NCBI GenBank assembly: GCA_041192345.1
Contig: JBEEND010000004.1
Span: 1 to 61,549, forward strand
From: Actinomycetota bacterium
Lineage (GTDB): Bacteria; Actinomycetota; Actinomycetes; S36-B12; UBA5976
Direction: 5' to 3'
DNA length: 61,549 nt
A program made the translations under genes and the position numbers. The notes beneath the pieces are model-generated. The model worked only from the letters and a program-made list of their open reading frames with translations. It had not been told where the DNA came from and made no database searches. Shown piece by piece: positions 57,820 to 61,549 of the stretch. The stretch's first letter is position 1. The number at the start of each line of letters is the position of its first letter.

Positions 57820-58617
57820 ATGACTATCGCAATTATTGGTGCGGGCGTAATGGGCGAGGCCCTGCTATCCGGACTGTTGCGCGCGGGTGTCCCGACAAGT
57901 GAATTGCTCATTGCAGATCGAAGATTGGAACGTTCGGCCCAGGTCACACAAAAACATGGCGTTAAAAATGGCACAAATCAAGACGTTGCCGCTAAAGCAC
58001 AAACCGTAGTTTTAGTTGTTAAGCCGCAAGACATGGCAATAGTTCTGGAAGAGATTCGCGACTCCTTAAAACCAAACACGTTAGTTGTTTCATTGGCGGC
58101 TGGAATAACAACCGCGTTTATTGAGAATTTACTGCCACCTGAAACTCCAGTTATCCGTGTTATGCCAAACACTCCGGCACTAGTTGATGAGGGTATGGCT
58201 GCAATCAACTCTGGTTCACATTGCACTGAAGACCACATGCAAACTGCGGAGAAATTATTGCGCAGCGTTGGGCAAGTAGTTCGGGTCCCTGAAAAATATC
58301 AAGATGCAGTAACTGCAATTTCAGGTTCCGGTCCGGCCTACATTTTTTATGCGGTGGAAGCCATGATCGAGGGCGGGGTAATGCTTGGACTTCCGCGCGA
58401 TGTGGCAAATGCATTGGTACTGCAAACGGTTTATGGCGCAGCAACTATGTTGCGAGAAACTGGCGAGCACCCAACCGTATTGCGCGAGCAAGTAACTTCG
58501 CCAGGTGGCACAACAGTTGCAGCGCTTAGGCAATTTGATGATTTTAAAGTTCGGGCAGCTTTCTTGAGTGCGATGGAAGCAGCGCGAGATCGCTCAAAAG
58601 AACTGGGTATGCAATAA
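57820..58617 (+). CDS. proC: pyrroline-5-carboxylate reductase
   Basis: Contains IGAGVMGEAL and TSPGGTTVAAL. Confidence 0.93.
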   Translation: MTIAIIGAGVMGEALLSGLLRAGVPTSELLIADRRLERSAQVTQKHGVKNGTNQDVAAKAQTVVLVVKPQDMAIVLEEIRDSLKPNTLVVSLAAGITTAFIENLLPPETPVIRVMPNTPALVDEGMAAINSGSHCTEDHMQTAEKLLRSVGQVVRVPEKYQDAVTAISGSGPAYIFYAVEAMIEGGVMLGLPRDVANALVLQTVYGAATMLRETGEHPTVLREQVTSPGGTTVAALRQFDDFKVRAAFLSAMEAARDRSKELGMQ

Positions 58618-58855
58618 CCAGTTCTTTTGAGCTAATAAGAAAAAGTCAAAAAGTTGTTCGCAGGCGAACAAAATGAAACTGGGTATGCAATAGCCAGTTC
58701 TTTTGAGCCTATAAGAAAAAGTCGAAAAGTTGTTCGCAGGCGAACAAAATGAAACTGGGTATGCAATAACCAGTTCTTTTGAGCTAATAAGAAAAAGTCG
58801 AAAAGTTGTTCGCAGGCGAACAAAATGAAACTGGGTATGCAATAGCCAGTTCTTT
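58601..58855. repeat. 76-bp tandem repeat, about 3.35 copies, beginning inside the proC stop region
   Basis: Units start at 58601, 58677, 58753 and 58829. Each carries hairpins gaactgg/ccagttc and ttgttcg-cagg-cgaacaa. Variants alternate in an A-B-A-B pattern. Confidence 0.95.
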
Positions 58856-59019
58856 AACGCTAGTGAATAGAAATTACACCGCTGTAGTTTAAATTACTTT
58901 TAAAACCGACTTTCACTTGAGCCCCATTCGCCACTAATGTAAGCATCTACGTACAAGTGTGATGTTCAGCCCGGAGGGGATGCCGGTGCTTAACCCACAC
59001 AGAATGGTTTTGGTGACCT

Positions 59020-59226
59020 ATGGGTGCATCTAATGAAAGGCCGCTTGGCGAAGTTCGTTTTTTAACAGTGGCTGAAGTTGCAACAGTTATGCGAGTATCA
59101 AAAATGACTGTGTATCGGTTAGTGCACAACGGTGAGTTGCCAGCAGTACAAGTTGGTCGCTCATTTCGAATTCCAGAGCAAGCAGTTCACACTTACTTAC
59201 AAGAATCATTCGTCGAAGCTGGCTAG
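59020..59226 (+). CDS. excisionase-family helix-turn-helix DNA-binding protein (Rv0500A-like)
   Basis: Contains LTVAEVATVMRVSKMTVYRLVHNGELPAVQVGRSFRI. 68 aa. Confidence 0.8.
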   Translation: MGASNERPLGEVRFLTVAEVATVMRVSKMTVYRLVHNGELPAVQVGRSFRIPEQAVHTYLQESFVEAG

Positions 59227-59309
59227 TTTGCTGGCTTAATTTTCGCGGTAATGAGCTCCCGGATAAGTGCATAAACTCGTGATTAATAACAGATGTAAAG
59301 GTGGTCCAA

Positions 59310-59411
59310 ATGGGATCGGTGATTAAGAAGCGCCGCAAGCGTATGGCCAAGAAAAAGCATCGCAAAATGCTCAAGAAGACGCGTTCTCAGCGTCGAAATA
59401 AAAGCAAATAA
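59310..59411 (+). CDS. 30S ribosomal protein bS22-like (33 aa, MGSVIKKRRKRMAKKKHRKMLKKTRSQRRNKSK)
   Basis: Hand-translated. AAAGGTGG RBS 5 nt upstream. Highly basic, and close to the mycobacterial bS22/Rv0500B sequence as recalled. Confidence 0.8.
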   Translation: MGSVIKKRRKRMAKKKHRKMLKKTRSQRRNKSK

Positions 59412-59428
59412 TTTTTACTTAAAAATCT

Positions 59429-60277
59429 TCAGGCGCGGGAGCGTCGGGTTGCCGCAATTGCGAGCCCGGCACCCGCGCCTACTAATGCAATGGCTGTCGC
59501 GCCGGCTGGTATTCCGTAACGCTTTACCAGCCGCTGGCGACGGAAATCATGGATCGGCCAGTTGTTTGCAGTTGCGTGATTGCGTAAAGCGGAATCAGGA
59601 TTTATCGCAGTTGGATTTCCAACACTGTTGAGCAAGGGAATGTCATTACTCGAATCTGAATACGCAAAGCTGTGGTCGAGATTGATTTTGTTTTCCTGGG
59701 CAAGGTGAGTAACTGCCAGCGCTTTTTGCTCCCCATGCATCGGTGGATTTTTCAATTTCCCGGTGTAGATGCCATTTTCTATTTCGCTGACGGTTGCGAT
59801 TGCTCCCGAAAGACCAAGTTTCGTGGCGATGATGTTGGCGAGCTCAATCGGCGCAGCAGAGACTAACCAAACTTGATGACCAGCTGCGCGATGCATATGA
59901 GCTAGTTGCACGGTGCCTGGCCAAATTTTGTCAGCCATGATTTCGTCAAAAATTTCTTCAGATAGCGCAGTTACTTCTGCAACTGATCTCCCCGTAACAA
60001 ATGACAGGGCATTTTCGGTGATTCTTGCCATGTCGGAAAGATTCTCAGAACCATAAGTCAGAAACTTCCCTTGGGCAATTGCGAAGTTTGCTAAGTCAGT
60101 TGCGCTCAAAATTTTGCGAGCAAAAAGTCCTCGGGCAAGGTGATAGATACTTGCGCCTCGCATAATTGTGTTGTCGATGTCGAAAAACGCACCTATATTT
60201 TCAGGATCAGGTTGAGTTTCAGGGACAGCACGAAGACGTAAATCTGCGTCAACATTCAGTCCATCGTTTGTCACCAT
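59429..60277 (-). CDS. HAD-IB family hydrolase (SerB-like) with a C-terminal TM segment
   Basis: ORF to 60382. ATG 60277 avoids overlap with the divergent gene. DxD motif FFDIDNT. Confidence 0.8.
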   Translation of the reverse strand: MVTNDGLNVDADLRLRAVPETQPDPENIGAFFDIDNTIMRGASIYHLARGLFARKILSATDLANFAIAQGKFLTYGSENLSDMARITENALSFVTGRSVAEVTALSEEIFDEIMADKIWPGTVQLAHMHRAAGHQVWLVSAAPIELANIIATKLGLSGAIATVSEIENGIYTGKLKNPPMHGEQKALAVTHLAQENKINLDHSFAYSDSSNDIPLLNSVGNPTAINPDSALRNHATANNWPIHDFRRQRLVKRYGIPAGATAIALVGAGAGLAIAATRRSRA

Positions 60278-60359
60278 ATTCAAAGGGTACTGGGAAAGTA
60301 TTACTGGGAACTTGGAATGCAATGTGCCACACTGGGTACAACTGGAAGGTAACAAAAAC

Positions 60360-60608
60360 ATGGATTCACGTTTGGTTCTCATAGCAAAACCAGAGTGTCA
60401 CCTGTGTGAAAACGCGAGATTAACGATTGCTAAAGTTTGCGCGGAACTTGGTGAAACTTGGAGTGAATTATCAATTTTGGATGATGCACAATTAGCTGAT
60501 CAGTATTTTGAATCAATTCCGGTCGTATTAATCGATGGAAAAGTTCACGACAAGTGGCGAGTAGACGAGCAGCGATTGCGGACCGCTTTGTTGAAAAAAA
60601 ACAACTGA
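60360..60608 (+). CDS. glutaredoxin-like protein (DUF836 type)
   Basis: ORF from 60312. ATG 60360 follows AAGGT. CHLC motif near the N-terminus. Confidence 0.75.
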   Translation: MDSRLVLIAKPECHLCENARLTIAKVCAELGETWSELSILDDAQLADQYFESIPVVLIDGKVHDKWRVDEQRLRTALLKKNN

Positions 60609-60760
60609 AAATACTCGGCTAGTCAAATCACATTAGTCACGCTTGTCACACCTAAAATCCCTAATTTACCTAGCATGAATTGGGGTATCTACGCCAATTT
60701 TGCACTCAGCGAGTTACCGCATAACCTGTTCGCCATAAGGACACTAGAAGGGTGGTTTTC

Positions 60761-61465
60761 ATGGCGCTGTCACAGGCACCTAAAACGCACTTAAGTTCGC
60801 GCGGTGCAATTCCCGACGCAACTGTTAGTCGCCTTCCGATGTATCACCGCAACCTCGTTTCTCTAACAGCTCGTGGTGTAATTCTGGTCTCGTCCGAAGA
60901 ACTGGCCGAGGCCAGTGGTGTGTCTAGCGCAAAACTTCGCAAGGATTTATCATTCCTTGGCTCGTACGGAACTCGTGGCGTTGGCTATGACGTTGAATTC
61001 TTGCTTTATCAAATTGCGCGCGCACTTGGCCTGACCCAAGAATGGCCCGTTGTAATTGTTGGCATTGGAAATCTCGGACACGCTCTTGCTGGTTATCCAG
61101 GTTTCGCTTCCCGTGGATTTTCGGTAGTTGGATTATTCGACACTGATAAAAAACTGGTTGGTGAATCTGTCATTGTCGCTGGAAAAGAAATTGTGGTCCA
61201 AGACATTTCTAAACTGGCGCAAGTTGTCCTGAGCTCCAATGCTTCCATTGGCGTAATTGCAACTCCAGAATCAGCTGCGCAAGAAGTTTGCGATTTGATG
61301 TTGCGCAATGGCGTAACAAGTATTTTGAATTTCGCCCCGGTACAAATCGAAGTACCGGCTGGTGTTGATGTTCGTCGCGTTGATCTCGCGACGGAGCTAC
61401 AGATTCTTGCATTCCATGAGCAACGCAAATCTCAATCTGCGCTTACTCAGGCGAATGTGAGTTAA
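60761..61465 (+). CDS. rex: redox-sensing transcriptional repressor Rex
   Basis: Contains RLPMYHR and the Rossmann motif GIGNLGHAL. ATG 60761 lies 6-8 nt after AAGGGTGG. Confidence 0.92.
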   Translation: MALSQAPKTHLSSRGAIPDATVSRLPMYHRNLVSLTARGVILVSSEELAEASGVSSAKLRKDLSFLGSYGTRGVGYDVEFLLYQIARALGLTQEWPVVIVGIGNLGHALAGYPGFASRGFSVVGLFDTDKKLVGESVIVAGKEIVVQDISKLAQVVLSSNASIGVIATPESAAQEVCDLMLRNGVTSILNFAPVQIEVPAGVDVRRVDLATELQILAFHEQRKSQSALTQANVS

Positions 61466-61513
61466 TAAATGACTTCCCAAAGCTGCAAGTACACAAACAA
61501 GGTAGGTGTGTAA

Positions 61514-61549
61514 ATGGCTAGCTCGCAGGTATCTGCTGCAGTCGGAGTG
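61514..61549 (+). CDS. 5' end of an ORF, possibly glutamyl-tRNA reductase by position after rex
   Basis: Only 12 codons are visible (MASSQVSAAVGV). The assignment rests on rex-hemA synteny in actinobacteria. Confidence 0.25.
   Translation, partial: MASSQVSAAVGV

Noticed and set aside
58594-58842. Minus-strand ORFs of 82 aa (58594..58842) and 63 aa (58632..58823) with internally repetitive sequence.
   Set aside because: They lie entirely within the 76-bp tandem repeat, and their length comes from the repeat reiterating an open frame. There is no RBS and no recognisable protein family.
58601-58855. Possible CRISPR array.
   Set aside because: The units are contiguous and nearly identical over the full 76-bp period, with no unique spacers. 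There are no cas genes in the window.
60620-60751. Searched the rex upstream region for a Rex operator (TGTGAA-N-TTCACA type).
   Set aside because: Only a GTCAC-N4-GTCACA direct repeat is present (about 60636-60650). There is no convincing palindrome.

Overview
This is a 61.5-kb, very tightly packed chromosomal segment from an actinobacterium. The assignment rests on mshD, a GlnR-type orphan regulator, rex, disA/radA, a bS22 mini-ribosomal protein and mycobacterial/streptomycete-like gene order (recalled from memory). The mid/low GC and many 4-nt gene overlaps suggest a streamlined lineage, but that is inference only.

Core blocks, in order:
- purA, purD-purB-purC
- pstSCAB, a Nudix/His-phosphatase gene and ppk1
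- mshD, glnR, and a thioredoxin/rhodanese sulfur cluster with a Cys-rich leader peptide
- fur, ygfZ, dtd
- disA, radA
- ppx, proline dehydrogenase, proC, an HTH gene, bS22, a HAD hydrolase, a glutaredoxin-like gene, rex

Two accessory insertions stand out.
1. An ~8-kb cassette (7.5-15.5 kb) encodes a TPP enzyme, an aldehyde dehydrogenase, two FAD oxidases, tandem YczE-like membrane proteins and an EamA transporter. It lies next to an aberrant tRNA-like gene.
2. An ~18-kb island (33.9-51.6 kb) carries two GS-like/class-I-amidotransferase pairs, a PuuD-like hydrolase, two P450s (a third lies at 31.2 kb), two 3Fe-4S-type ferredoxins, a ferredoxin reductase, HpaD/HpaE/FAH-type meta-cleavage genes, and ADH, ACAD, ADC-family, MarR and APC permease genes. 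An 18-bp operator-like motif recurs four times in this island. I read it as a candidate, undescribed gamma-glutamylation-dependent amine catabolic system.

Other notable items are a 76-bp x3.35 tandem repeat that duplicates the proC 3' end, PHO-box-like GTTCACCT motifs at pstS and ppk, and a cyanophycinase-fold protein fused to a CysRS-type C-terminal domain. I found no rRNA, CRISPR array, integrase or transposase.
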